NCBI GenBank assembly: GCA_963718915.1
Contig: CAVRAI010000003.1
Coordinates: 390,001 to 422,000, forward strand
DNA: 32,000 nt
Direction: 5' to 3'
Source: an uncultured Chloroflexia bacterium
GTDB taxonomy: Bacteria > Chloroflexota > Ktedonobacteria > Ktedonobacterales > JADMIN01
Shown here: positions 8,914-17,599 of the stretch, piece by piece
Layout: each line of letters starts with the position of its first letter
Position numbering within the stretch: the stretch's first letter is position 1
Translations under genes and position numbers: made by a program
Notes under the pieces: model-generated
Told to the model about the DNA's origin: nothing
Seen by the model: the letters and a program-made list of their open reading frames with translations, nothing else
Databases searched by the model: none

Positions 8914-10023
8914 ATGAAAATTGGCACCTGCGCCGCGAAGCCCGGCAAGATGACCTTTGGCTCGCTGGAGGTCATGACTCACTTCGATGGCACGCCCGAG
9001 CGCCTGCCGGTGGTGATCGCCGCTGGCCGTCATGATGGCCCCTGCTTCTGGATCACCGGCAACATTCACGGCGACGAGTATGTGGGCCTGCTGGCGGTGC
9101 AGGGCGGCGTGACACGCGCGCTGGCCGACCGGCTGGGCGACCTGCGTGGCACAGTGGTGGCGCTGCCAACGCTCAATCCCGCGGGCCTACGGGTGGGCCG
9201 CCGCGAAGCCTACTACGACCCAGAGACCGACCCCAACCGCACCTTTCCCGACGCCAACCCCTATGCCGACCCCGAGCTGTCTGAGGGCGAGGATGACGAC
9301 ACGCCGACGCCCTACGAGGCGGCGAGCGCCGTCTATTTCGAGCTGATGCGCCAGACGGCCAACTACCATATCGACCTGCACGCGATGTCGATCCAGGCCA
9401 CGCCTTTCACGCTGATAGACCACCTCCTTTACCACGGCGAGGACGACCGCCCGCGTATGGAGAAGCTGGCGCTCCAGATGCATAGCCTGGCGCGCGCTTT
9501 TGGCATCCCGGTCATCAACGAGTTTCCCAGCCGCAAATACATCAAGAACCGCCTGCACCGCTCGACCGGCGGCGCGGCGGGGCATGTGCTGGGCATCCCC
9601 TCGATCACGCCGGAGTTGGGGATGGGCGGAGATGTCGAGCCGAAGGCCTTGCGGGCAGGTATCGCGGGTATCCATAATGCGCTGGTCTGGGCGGAGATGC
9701 TGCCCGACGACCCTATCGCCATCGACTGGATTCCCCAGCCTGATCTGGGCTATCCGGTGCGGCGCGAACCACATCCACGCCCGGCGGTGACGGGCATCGC
9801 GGCGAAGCTGGTGACGCCGGGCGACGTTGTGCGCGCGGGCGATCCGGTCGCCGAACTGCGCGATATCTGGGGGCGGTCGCTCGGCGACGATGGCTATCTG
9901 CGCACCGAGAAAGATGGCTGGGTGCTCAACCTGCGTCCCGGCGTCGGCGTCTATCCCAACCGCGCCATCATGGATCTCGCCGTGCGTGACGACGATCCAC
10001 TGGCGCTGCCCTGGCCGCGGTAG
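8914..10023 (+). CDS. Succinylglutamate desuccinylase/aspartoacylase-family (M14-like) zinc hydrolase
   Basis: AstE/AspA-family N-terminal motif (PCFWITGNIHGDEYVG), followed by LNP.G......R......D.NR.FP and a later H(D)LH motif (YHIDLHAM). Confidence 0.7.
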   Translation: MKIGTCAAKPGKMTFGSLEVMTHFDGTPERLPVVIAAGRHDGPCFWITGNIHGDEYVGLLAVQGGVTRALADRLGDLRGTVVALPTLNPAGLRVGRREAYYDPETDPNRTFPDANPYADPELSEGEDDDTPTPYEAASAVYFELMRQTANYHIDLHAMSIQATPFTLIDHLLYHGEDDRPRMEKLALQMHSLARAFGIPVINEFPSRKYIKNRLHRSTGGAAGHVLGIPSITPELGMGGDVEPKALRAGIAGIHNALVWAEMLPDDPIAIDWIPQPDLGYPVRREPHPRPAVTGIAAKLVTPGDVVRAGDPVAELRDIWGRSLGDDGYLRTEKDGWVLNLRPGVGVYPNRAIMDLAVRDDDPLALPWPR

Positions 10024-10038
10024 ACCAGTTCTCTCCTC

Positions 10039-10054
10039 CGTTTCATGTGAAACG
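10039..10054. promoter_or_regulatory. Perfect 16-bp palindrome CGTTTCATGTGAAACG (possible operator)
   Basis: 7-bp arms with a 2-nt centre, which is too tight for an RNA hairpin. It lies between the hydrolase stop (10023) and the MFS promoter. Confidence 0.3.
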
Positions 10055-10154
10055 AATAACTCTGGACGTATATCATGGCTCGGCTGCCATCTGTCGGTGG
10101 TCGGGCAACCTCTTGCACGCTCCCGGCCTATCGCGAAACACTTTATAGGTAACG

Positions 10155-10183
10155 TTGACGTGAACGGCAAGGTATGATACAGT
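10155..10183 (+). promoter_or_regulatory. Candidate sigma70-type promoter of the MFS transporter gene
   Basis: TTGACG(10155-10160)-17 nt-TACAGT(10178-10183). A 7-bp stem hairpin (10194-10216) lies in the predicted leader. Confidence 0.4.
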
Positions 10184-10237
10184 CTGTGGCAACCGATACT
10201 GAAAGCAGGAGTATCGAATGCGGCCATAGCGATCAGC

Positions 10238-12073
10238 ATGGCCCAAAGACACAGGAGGAGATGTGGCGCCGTGTCGGCGAATCCTTCCACGCAGCATCCA
10301 CAACCTGCTTTGCCTCGTCTGGCAGAGCGCCGCGGAAAACGGACTCAACGCCCCGTTGGGCCAAACTACAAATGGATCGCGCTGACCAACACGACGCTTG
10401 GCGCACTGATGGCTACCATCGACGCCAGCATCGTGCTCATTGCCCTGCCAGCGATCTTCAAAGGGATTGGCATCAATCCGCTGGCTCCCGGTGAATCCAG
10501 CTACTTCCTCTGGCTGCTGCTCGGCTATATGGTCGTCACGGCGACGTTGCTTGTCACCTTCGGGCGCATCTCCGACATGTTCGGGCGCGTCCGGCTCTAT
10601 AATCTCGGCTTTGCCATTTTCACCGTTGGCAGCATCCTGCTGGCGTTCACACCGGGTACAGGCAACACTGGCGCCCTCGAACTCATTATCTTCAGACTGA
10701 TTCAAGGCGTCGGTTCGGGATTCCTGCTCTCCAACAGCGCGGCCATTCTGACGGACGCTTTCCCCGCGAATCAGCGCGGGCGGGCGCTGGGCATCAATCA
10801 GATTGCCGCGATTGCTGGCTCATTCATCGGTCTGATTCTTGGCGGTGTTCTGGCCGCGATTGACTGGCGTCTCGTCTTCCTGGTGAGCGTGCCGGTTGGC
10901 CTCGCCGGAACGATCTGGGCCTATACGATGCTGCGCGAGACGGCGACGATTCGCGGGAAACAGAAAATTGACTGGCTTGGCAACATCACTTTCGCGGTCG
11001 GTCTGACGGTGCTGCTGCTCAGCATCACCTATGGTATCGAGCCGTACGGTGATTCGCCGATGGGCTGGGGCAATCCCCTGGTGATTGGTGGCATCGTGCT
11101 CGGCGTTCTTATGCTAGCCACTTTTATCTGGATCGAACTGCATGTCGCCGAAGATCCGATGTTCCGGCTGGATCTCTTCAAGATCCGCATGTTCGCTGCG
11201 GGCAACATCAGTGGTTTTCTGTCGGCGTTGAGCCGCGGAGGCCTGCAATTCATGCTCGTCATCTGGTTGCAAGGTATCTGGCTACCACTCCATGGCTACA
11301 GCTTTGCGGAGACACCGCTCTGGGCAGGCATCTATATGACGCCGCTGCTCCTCGGCTTCATCGTTATGGGGCCGATCAGCGGCTATCTCTCGGATCGCTT
11401 CGGCGCCCGCGTCTTCTCGACGACGGGTCTGCTCGTACAGGCCGCTGGCTTTCTTGGGCTGACATTCTTACCAGCGAACTTCAATTACCCTGTCTTCGCC
11501 ATCTTACTCTTCATTCTTGGATGTGGCTCTGGCCTCTTCGCGTCACCAAACACCAGTTCCATCATGAGCAGCGTCCCGCCGGAGACACGCGGTGTGGCGT
11601 CTGGCATGCGGGCAACGTTCCAGAATGGCGCGTCGCTCGTGAGTATTGGCTTCTTCTTTAGCATCGTCACGGTTGGCCTCGTCGCGGCGCTCCCTTCGAC
11701 ATTCTTCAACGGGCTGACGAAATATGGTGTGCCAGCCAGCACCGCGTCGCAGATCGCGCACCTGCCGCCAACTGCCGCGCTCTTCGGCGCCTTCCTGGGA
11801 TACAACCCTATCGCACAGTTGTTGCCGCCTCAGGTGTTGAGCCACATCTCACCAGCCAACCAGGCAACGCTGCTTGGCAAGACATTCTTCCCCAATCTGA
11901 TTTCAGCGCCCTTCATGGATGGGCTGCATGCCGTCTTCTACATCTCCGCCACAATGTGCCTTGTTGGCGCGGGTGTCTCACTCCTGCGCGGCAAAGTGGT
12001 GCAGCACTATGTGGCGGATGTGGCGGATGCGGCGGATGCGCCTGTCGCGTCGGAGGCGACACCGGCCTCCTGA
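10238..12073 (+). CDS. MFS transporter, DHA2 (EmrB/QacA-like, 14-TMS) family
   Basis: 611-aa polytopic ORF with DHA2-type N-terminal motifs (LGALMATIDASIVLIALPAI; GRISDMFGRVRLY; LIQGVGSGFL). The start is uncertain: ATG 10238 or in-frame GTG 10271, the latter downstream of AGGAGG. Confidence 0.8.
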   Translation: MAQRHRRRCGAVSANPSTQHPQPALPRLAERRGKRTQRPVGPNYKWIALTNTTLGALMATIDASIVLIALPAIFKGIGINPLAPGESSYFLWLLLGYMVVTATLLVTFGRISDMFGRVRLYNLGFAIFTVGSILLAFTPGTGNTGALELIIFRLIQGVGSGFLLSNSAAILTDAFPANQRGRALGINQIAAIAGSFIGLILGGVLAAIDWRLVFLVSVPVGLAGTIWAYTMLRETATIRGKQKIDWLGNITFAVGLTVLLLSITYGIEPYGDSPMGWGNPLVIGGIVLGVLMLATFIWIELHVAEDPMFRLDLFKIRMFAAGNISGFLSALSRGGLQFMLVIWLQGIWLPLHGYSFAETPLWAGIYMTPLLLGFIVMGPISGYLSDRFGARVFSTTGLLVQAAGFLGLTFLPANFNYPVFAILLFILGCGSGLFASPNTSSIMSSVPPETRGVASGMRATFQNGASLVSIGFFFSIVTVGLVAALPSTFFNGLTKYGVPASTASQIAHLPPTAALFGAFLGYNPIAQLLPPQVLSHISPANQATLLGKTFFPNLISAPFMDGLHAVFYISATMCLVGAGVSLLRGKVVQHYVADVADAADAPVASEATPAS

Positions 12074-12260
12074 CTTGTTGTGCTGATACCTACCTGTTTC
12101 CCCAGGCGCGCGGTTGCGCCATCTCCGCCAACAAGGGCGCGTGCGGTGGTACGATTGCGCAGGGTACGCTGCTTGCGTACGATGCATCGTATCGGTGTGC
12201 GCCACCGCGCCCTGTATTCTCTCGTAGTCCATCGAGCGTATCTGGGAGACGTCGAAGACA

Positions 12261-13160
12261 ATGGAGACGATTCGCACTCTCTACGAGCGCGCGCCCGCGC
12301 CCGCGGACTCATTGCCACCCGAGCTGGCCGCCGCCTATGATGGCGGGTTGGTCGTACCCGATGGCCAGCCAGGGGAGCGGCCCTATGTGCTGGTGAACTT
12401 CATTGAGACACTCGACGGCGTCATCTCCTACACCCAGCCCGGCGAGCCGTATCAGGGGACCGTCGGCGGCAAAAGTGACATCGACCACATGGTGATGGGG
12501 ATTCTGCGCGCGCGGGCAGACGCCGTGATCTTCGGCTCCGGCTCATTGCGCGAGGACAAAGGCCACATCCATACGCCCGCGTTCATCTCTCCGCCCCACG
12601 CCGAGGCATACGCCGCCATGCGCGCCGCGCTGGGCAAAGGTGAGGCCCAACCCTTGAGCGTAGTGATGAGCGCCAGCGGCCAGATAGACCTCGACGAACG
12701 TACCTTCCACGCGCCCGACCTGCGGGTCGTCGTCGTGACAACGCTTGCGGGAGAGGAACGGCTGCGCGGTGAGGCGTTGCCCGCTGGCGTTGAGGTGCGC
12801 GCGGTGGCTGCCTCGGTGGATGGCGCGGCGGATGCTGCGGCGGATGCTGCGGTGGATGCCGCGGGTACGGGGACCGTGGATGTGCTGGCGATGCTGCGGT
12901 TGCTGGCGGATGATTATGGCGTGCGGGTGGCGCTCAATGAGGGCGGCCCGCTGGTGCTGGCGTCGTTCCTGGCGGCGGGCGCGGTGGATGAGCTGTTCCT
13001 GACGCTCGCGCCACAACTGGCCGGGCGGGCAGTCGAGCGGCCCCGCCGGGCGCTGGTGGAGGGCGTCGCCTTCTCGCCAGCGGACGCCCCCAACACCTAC
13101 CTGCTCAGCGTCAAACAGGCAGGCGATCACCTGTTTCTGCGCTACGCCATCGCACGATAA
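12261..13160 (+). CDS. RibD C-terminal-domain / dihydrofolate-reductase-like reductase family protein
   Basis: Shows NFIETLDGVISY ... GSGSL ... LNEGGPLVLASFLAAGAVDELFLTLAPQLAG. It carries an Ala/Asp repeat insertion (12-bp repeat at 12825-12860). Confidence 0.65.
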   Translation: METIRTLYERAPAPADSLPPELAAAYDGGLVVPDGQPGERPYVLVNFIETLDGVISYTQPGEPYQGTVGGKSDIDHMVMGILRARADAVIFGSGSLREDKGHIHTPAFISPPHAEAYAAMRAALGKGEAQPLSVVMSASGQIDLDERTFHAPDLRVVVVTTLAGEERLRGEALPAGVEVRAVAASVDGAADAAADAAVDAAGTGTVDVLAMLRLLADDYGVRVALNEGGPLVLASFLAAGAVDELFLTLAPQLAGRAVERPRRALVEGVAFSPADAPNTYLLSVKQAGDHLFLRYAIAR

Positions 13161-13161
13161 T

Positions 13162-13199
13162 CCCCTTGCCCTGTGGGAGAGGGGGTCAAGGGGCGAGGT
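13162..13199 (+). repeat. REP-like intergenic repeat, family A, copy 1
   Basis: CCCCTTGCCCTGTGGGAGAGGGGGTCAAGGGGCGAGGT starts 2 nt after the stop codon. It aligns without gaps with 31507-31544 at 29 of 38 positions by hand count. Confidence 0.7.
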
Positions 13200-13206
13200 C
13201 TCTGGC

Positions 13207-13512
13207 TCAGTGAGTCGTGCTACTGGATGCGCCGCTGAGCTGATTGAGCAGTTCCTGCGCGCGCTGGGCCCGCTGCTGATCCTGCTGCGCCACCATCTGG
13301 AAGAACTGCGCCGCCTCGTTATTTCCTGCCTGACTGGCATCGCGAATATACTGATCGATGGCCTTGCTGCTCTTGCAGGCATGGTACAGCGTGCTCACCA
13401 GGTCATACTGCAGATTCTGCAGCGGATCGGTGGCCTGTGTCTGTGGCTGGGCGGACGTAGTGCTCTGCTGGCCCATATTTCCCTGGCCGGTACTGCTGGA
13501 CATCGCTTCCAA
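13207..13512 (-). CDS. Small helical protein of unknown function with a Gln/Ser/Thr-rich N-terminus
   Basis: 101-aa ORF preceded by AAGGAG 9 nt upstream of the ATG. A candidate promoter is TTGCGG(13552-13557)-16 nt-TATTCT(13530-13535) on the minus strand. I cannot name a family. Confidence 0.6.
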   Translation of the reverse strand: MEAMSSSTGQGNMGQQSTTSAQPQTQATDPLQNLQYDLVSTLYHACKSSKAIDQYIRDASQAGNNEAAQFFQMVAQQDQQRAQRAQELLNQLSGASSSTTH

Positions 13513-13759
13513 CTCCTTTTGTCCTCAAGAGAATACGACACCTCCGTGCTTCCGCAACGGTGCAGCGGAGGGTAACCCTGCCAGACCGCACGAGCTATGC
13601 CAGCGGAAAGCCCCACGAGCATTCTGGAGGCGCCGCCGTCAGCGTCTCGCTGCCCATGAACAACCCTCCCAACCTGCTGTGGCGTGATGAATTTCCGCTT
13701 GCGTCCGTGGTCGCCGTATGAGCGTAAGTGGCGTTTGATACACAACTCCAGCAAACGAG

Positions 13760-13768
13760 TGGTATATT
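13760..13768 (+). promoter_or_regulatory. Extended -10 element (TGgTATATT) upstream of the basic-protein/macrodomain pair
   Basis: TGGTATATT lies 47 nt upstream of the ATG at 13815. The direct repeat TATCGCAGT occurs twice in the leader. Confidence 0.35.
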
Positions 13769-13814
13769 TATCGCAGTGTGATTCTTTTGTCTGCTATCGC
13801 AGTAGGAGGCGCAT

Positions 13815-14039
13815 ATGGCACGCTTCAAAGTATTTCCGCGCTACCGCCGACCCTCGCTCAAGACCGCGCTGGGCATCACCAAAGCGAAACGGCGCTTTCG
13901 GAAAGCAACGGGCTATTATGCCATCACGCGTCCCTTCCGCGCGCCTGGCAATTTCAAGCGGCGGATGCTGCGCCGGGCGGGCTATTATAGCGGCCCTATG
14001 AAGTTCCTGCGCTTCATGCGGCGTTCGTTGCGTGGCTGA
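13815..14039 (+). CDS. 74-aa extremely basic protein with no acidic residues; unknown function
   Basis: Strong SD (AGGAGG, 5 nt before the ATG). Composition is 17 Arg + 7 Lys, no Asp/Glu, and Phe/Tyr-rich. There is an internal duplication: KRRFRKATGYYA / KRRMLRRAGYYS. Confidence 0.6.
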   Translation: MARFKVFPRYRRPSLKTALGITKAKRRFRKATGYYAITRPFRAPGNFKRRMLRRAGYYSGPMKFLRFMRRSLRG

Positions 14040-14049
14040 GTGGCGCGGT

Positions 14050-14547
14050 ATGGTCAACCTCGTAACCGGCAATCTCTTCGACTCAGAAGCGCAGACGCTG
14101 GTGAACGCCGTGAACTGCGCGGGCGTGATGGGCAAGGGCATCGCGCTGGAGTTCAGACGGCGGTATCCGTCGATGTTCGCGGATTACGTCGCGCGCTGCA
14201 AGAATGGCCGCGTGCGCCTGGGCGAGCCGTATCTCTATCGTGGTGAATCGCTCCCCTGGATTCTCAACTTCCCAACCAAGAATCACTGGCGATCCGCCTC
14301 GAAGCTGGAGGATATCGTCGCCGGGCTGGCATACCTGGAGGCGCACTACCGCGCGTGGGGTATCACATCGCTGGCGGTCCCGGCGCTGGGCTGTGGCGCG
14401 GGCCAGTTCGCATGGGAGGTCGTCGGCCCGGTACTTCGTGACGGGCTTGGCAGACTGGCGATTCCGGTCAAGCTGTACCTGCCAACGGGGGCAGAGCAGA
14501 ACCCGGGATCGAATGAGCGCTATTGCATATCCACACGAGTCAACTGA
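14050..14547 (+). CDS. Stand-alone macrodomain protein, DarG/TARG1-like (ADP-ribose hydrolase family)
   Basis: GNLFDSEAQTLVNAVNCAGVMGKGIALEFRRRYP ... ILNFPTKNHWRSASKLEDI ... LAVPALGCGAGQ closely matches my recollection of the DarG N-terminal macrodomain, including the FPTK(x)HW lysine context. The start is either ATG 14050 or GTG 14032, the latter overlapping the upstream stop. Confidence 0.8.
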   Translation: MVNLVTGNLFDSEAQTLVNAVNCAGVMGKGIALEFRRRYPSMFADYVARCKNGRVRLGEPYLYRGESLPWILNFPTKNHWRSASKLEDIVAGLAYLEAHYRAWGITSLAVPALGCGAGQFAWEVVGPVLRDGLGRLAIPVKLYLPTGAEQNPGSNERYCISTRVN

Positions 14548-15628
14548 GTTTGCCGACCTTGCCTACTCGCTCTGTGAACCAGATCGTATTATGCGGCCCA
14601 CTCGTGATGGCCCAGGGATAACCTTGCGACGTTGGCACAGGGAATTCGGTGACCACGCCAGTGGTGGTGATACGTCCAATCTGGTTTGCCTTTCCTTCGG
14701 TGAACCAGAAAGCTCCATCGGCTCCGGCGATGATCTCATGAGGATCTCCCTGAGTCGGCAGTGGGAATTCGGTGATAATGCCACTGATGGTGATACGTCC
14801 AATTTTGTTCCCGACCTCTTCCGTAAACCAGAGATTCCCGTCCGGGCCTGCTGTGATCGCAATGGGGCCACTCTGAGAGGTAGGGATGGGGAACTCAGTG
14901 ATCGTGCCCTGAGGTGTGATGCGTCCAATTTTGTTCCCGCCGCTGAGTTCGTTTCCCGTGAACGTGCCACTTTCCGTGAACCACAGCGCTCCATCGGGGC
15001 ATTTGGTGATACCAATCGGGTTGCCCCTGGGCGTTGGGATCGGGAATTCGGTGATGGCGCCATTGGTGGTGATGCGTCCGATTTTGTTTGCGCTCGCCTC
15101 CGTGAACCAGAGAGCGTTATCAGGCCCAGCAGCAATCCCAACAGGGTCTGCGTTGGGGGATGGAATGGGAAACTCGGTGATCACACCCTGTGGCGTGATG
15201 CGCCCGATCTTACTGGCGTCGCTCACTGCGGTGAACCAGAGGTTGCCATCAGGCCCAGCCACGATATCAGTGACGAAGGGGTTGGCGTGTGGAGGGGATG
15301 GTATGGAAAACTCCGTGAGGATACCCTCTGGGGTGATACGCCCGATCTTGTAGGGTTTGGACTCCGTGAACCAGAGGTTTCCGTCGGACCCGGTGGTAAT
15401 GCCATAGGAATCGCTGCGAGGTGTCGGAATCTCAAATTCCTGGATGGCGCCGCGCAGTGTCGGGAGTGATTGCTTTGCGGACGGTGTCAATCCTGGATGC
15501 AGGCTTGTCGAGGACGAGCCTGCGCATCCTGCCAGCAACCCGAAGAACAACAGCACACTCAGGCCCAGGGATCGGCGAAAGGAGGAACCCCAGTATTTCA
15601 CAGGGTGATCCAGGCTATGCGCCAGCAT
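14540..15628 (-). CDS. Vgb (streptogramin/virginiamycin B lyase)-like beta-propeller lipoprotein
   Basis: Signal peptide with lipobox (LLAGC). About seven repeats of G(I/P)..G.DGNLWFTE...NKIGRIT..G.ITEFPIPT match the Vgb-family propeller repeat. SD GGGAGG lies upstream of the ATG. Confidence 0.75.
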   Translation of the reverse strand: MLAHSLDHPVKYWGSSFRRSLGLSVLLFFGLLAGCAGSSSTSLHPGLTPSAKQSLPTLRGAIQEFEIPTPRSDSYGITTGSDGNLWFTESKPYKIGRITPEGILTEFSIPSPPHANPFVTDIVAGPDGNLWFTAVSDASKIGRITPQGVITEFPIPSPNADPVGIAAGPDNALWFTEASANKIGRITTNGAITEFPIPTPRGNPIGITKCPDGALWFTESGTFTGNELSGGNKIGRITPQGTITEFPIPTSQSGPIAITAGPDGNLWFTEEVGNKIGRITISGIITEFPLPTQGDPHEIIAGADGAFWFTEGKANQIGRITTTGVVTEFPVPTSQGYPWAITSGPHNTIWFTERVGKVGKLS

Positions 15629-15851
15629 ATACTACCTCCCACCCCTGAGGGGCAACACAGCCTGATCGGATACAAACCGGATCACGGGTCATCGGTGTGT
15701 CATGAGGCAACCGAGAGAAAATCCGCATCTGATTGTAAACGTTTCTTCCAAATATGTAGTAGGCAGATACCCTGGGCTAGCGCTATCCATTTGGCGCACT
15801 GCCGACTATGCGCCACAGAGATCCTGGCAACATGGCAACCGTCCTTGATAT

Positions 15852-15971
15852 TGGAGGATATCGTCGTTGGGCTGTGGTGCGGGCCAACTCGCATGGGAGG
15901 TCGTCGGCCCGGTACTTCAAGAGTCGCTCGGCAGGCTAGAAATCCCGGTCGAACTTTACGCGCCAGTGTGA
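15852..15971 (+). pseudogene. Decayed remnant of a second macrodomain gene (3' end only)
   Basis: It aligns by hand to 14306-14320 plus 14388-14483 of the intact macrodomain gene and shares a perfect 30-nt core (14408-14437 = 15889-15918). A ~65-nt deletion between GGGCTG repeats breaks the frame. The tail reads GCGAGQLAWEVVGPVLQESLGRLEIPVELYAPV*. Confidence 0.7.
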
Positions 15972-16127
15972 AGGTGTCCACCAAATTCTGTGGCGCGCCA
16001 TTTCATCGTCCCTCTGCGTAGCCCCGGTGTATAATGCCGACTGTGATTGGGCGTTGCCCTCAGGCTGCGACATGCATTGTTGTCGCGGGACCAGGTTCCG
16101 ACCAGCCATGAGCCGGAGGAGGCCACG

Positions 16128-17525
16128 ATGGTATCCAAATCCAGCCTCATACCCTCCGATTTGGACGCTCACATCCGCGAGCAGATGACCCGCTGGACCG
16201 TCCCCGGCGTCGTCGTTGGTGTGCTACGTGATGGCGAGCGCGAGACGCGCGCCTATGGCGTCACCAGCCTTGAAACCGGCTATCCCGTCCGCCCCGATAC
16301 CCTCTTCCCAATCGGCTCTATCGGCAAGGTCTACACTGCCGCCCTTGTCATGGCGCTTGTAGACGAAGGCATGTTCGACCTCGATGCCCCAGTCGCCACC
16401 TACCTGCCCGACCTCCGGCTCGCCGACGAGCGCACCCGCGATACCATCACCCTCCGTCAGCTGCTGAGCCACCAGAGCGGCCTCTACGGCGACTACTACG
16501 ACGACTTCGGCATGGGCGATGGCGCCCTCGCACGCTGCGTCGCCAGCTATTCCACCCTCCGCCAGCTTACGGCGCCTGGCGAGCTGTGGGCCTACTGTAG
16601 TAGCGGCTTCATGCTCGCCGGTCGTGTCACTGAAGTTGTCACGGGCCAGCCCTTCGAGGTCGCTATGCGCGAGCGCGTCTTCGCGCCGCTGGGCCTCGAC
16701 CGATCCTTCTTCTTCGCCCACGAGGCTATCGTCTATCCTACCGCCGTCGGCCACGTACTCAAGACCCCTGGCGGTGATGAACACGAGGTCCGTCGCGCGT
16801 ACCTGCTTTCGCGCAACGTCGCCCCCGCTGGCGGCATCATCTCGGACGCCGACGACCTGCTCGCCTTCGCCGCATTCTCCATGGGCGATGGCGCGTGGAA
16901 TGGTCGGCGCGTGCTCAGCCTGGCCTCGCTGGAGGCGATGCGGACACCCCAGGTGCGCGCCGCCAACTACCACGCCGCTGGCTTCGCCGAGTGGGGCGGC
17001 CTCGGCTGGGCCATCCGCTTCATCGATGGCGTGAAGGTTATCGAGCACGGCGGTTCACTCAACGGCTTCCAGGTCAAGCTCAAGTTCGTCCCGGCGCGTC
17101 ACTTTGCCATCGCCACCCTCACCAACAGTGGTCGTGGCAGCGTCCTGGGCGACCGTGTGGCCGAGTGGGCGCTCGACCGTGTCCTCGGTCTGCGCGCGCC
17201 CAGCCCTGTGCTTATCTCGCTCTCCGACGAGGCCCTCGCGCGCTTCGCTGGCCGCTATCGCCTGGCGGTTGATGATGAGGAGGTGGTTGCCATCACCGTC
17301 GCGGATGGCGGGCTGCGCTGCGTCATGAAAGAGTCCGATCCTGTCACCCAGAGCGAGCAGACCTATCCACCGGACCTGCTTCGGCCCACCGCTGAGCGTG
17401 AGTTCGTGGTCGTGACCCAGGACGAGAACGAAGGCTCGCGGATCGACTTTATCGAGCGGGGCGACGGCTCTATTCGCTTCCTACGTATGGGTGGCCGCCT
17501 CTACGAGCCGGTCGCCGATGCCTGA
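16128..17525 (+). CDS. Serine hydrolase, beta-lactamase (class C)/PBP-like family
   Basis: SxxK motif (GSIGKVYTAA), a YxS/N-like motif (YCSSGF), and a C-terminal extra domain. The ATG at 16128 follows GGAGGAGG. The track start at 16047 is unlikely. Confidence 0.8.
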   Translation: MVSKSSLIPSDLDAHIREQMTRWTVPGVVVGVLRDGERETRAYGVTSLETGYPVRPDTLFPIGSIGKVYTAALVMALVDEGMFDLDAPVATYLPDLRLADERTRDTITLRQLLSHQSGLYGDYYDDFGMGDGALARCVASYSTLRQLTAPGELWAYCSSGFMLAGRVTEVVTGQPFEVAMRERVFAPLGLDRSFFFAHEAIVYPTAVGHVLKTPGGDEHEVRRAYLLSRNVAPAGGIISDADDLLAFAAFSMGDGAWNGRRVLSLASLEAMRTPQVRAANYHAAGFAEWGGLGWAIRFIDGVKVIEHGGSLNGFQVKLKFVPARHFAIATLTNSGRGSVLGDRVAEWALDRVLGLRAPSPVLISLSDEALARFAGRYRLAVDDEEVVAITVADGGLRCVMKESDPVTQSEQTYPPDLLRPTAEREFVVVTQDENEGSRIDFIERGDGSIRFLRMGGRLYEPVADA

Positions 17526-17599
17526 GCTGGCCAACCGGGTTGTTAGTTGTTCGGAGTGTGGGCTGGAAGAACCGGTCAACCAGAAAGGGAGCGGGCGTC

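Noticed and set aside
13513-14049. A DarT-like ADP-ribosyltransferase toxin next to the DarG-like macrodomain.
   Set aside because: The only upstream ORF is 74 aa and lacks any ART-like motif. No ~200-aa ORF exists on either strand between 13513 and 14049 or just downstream.
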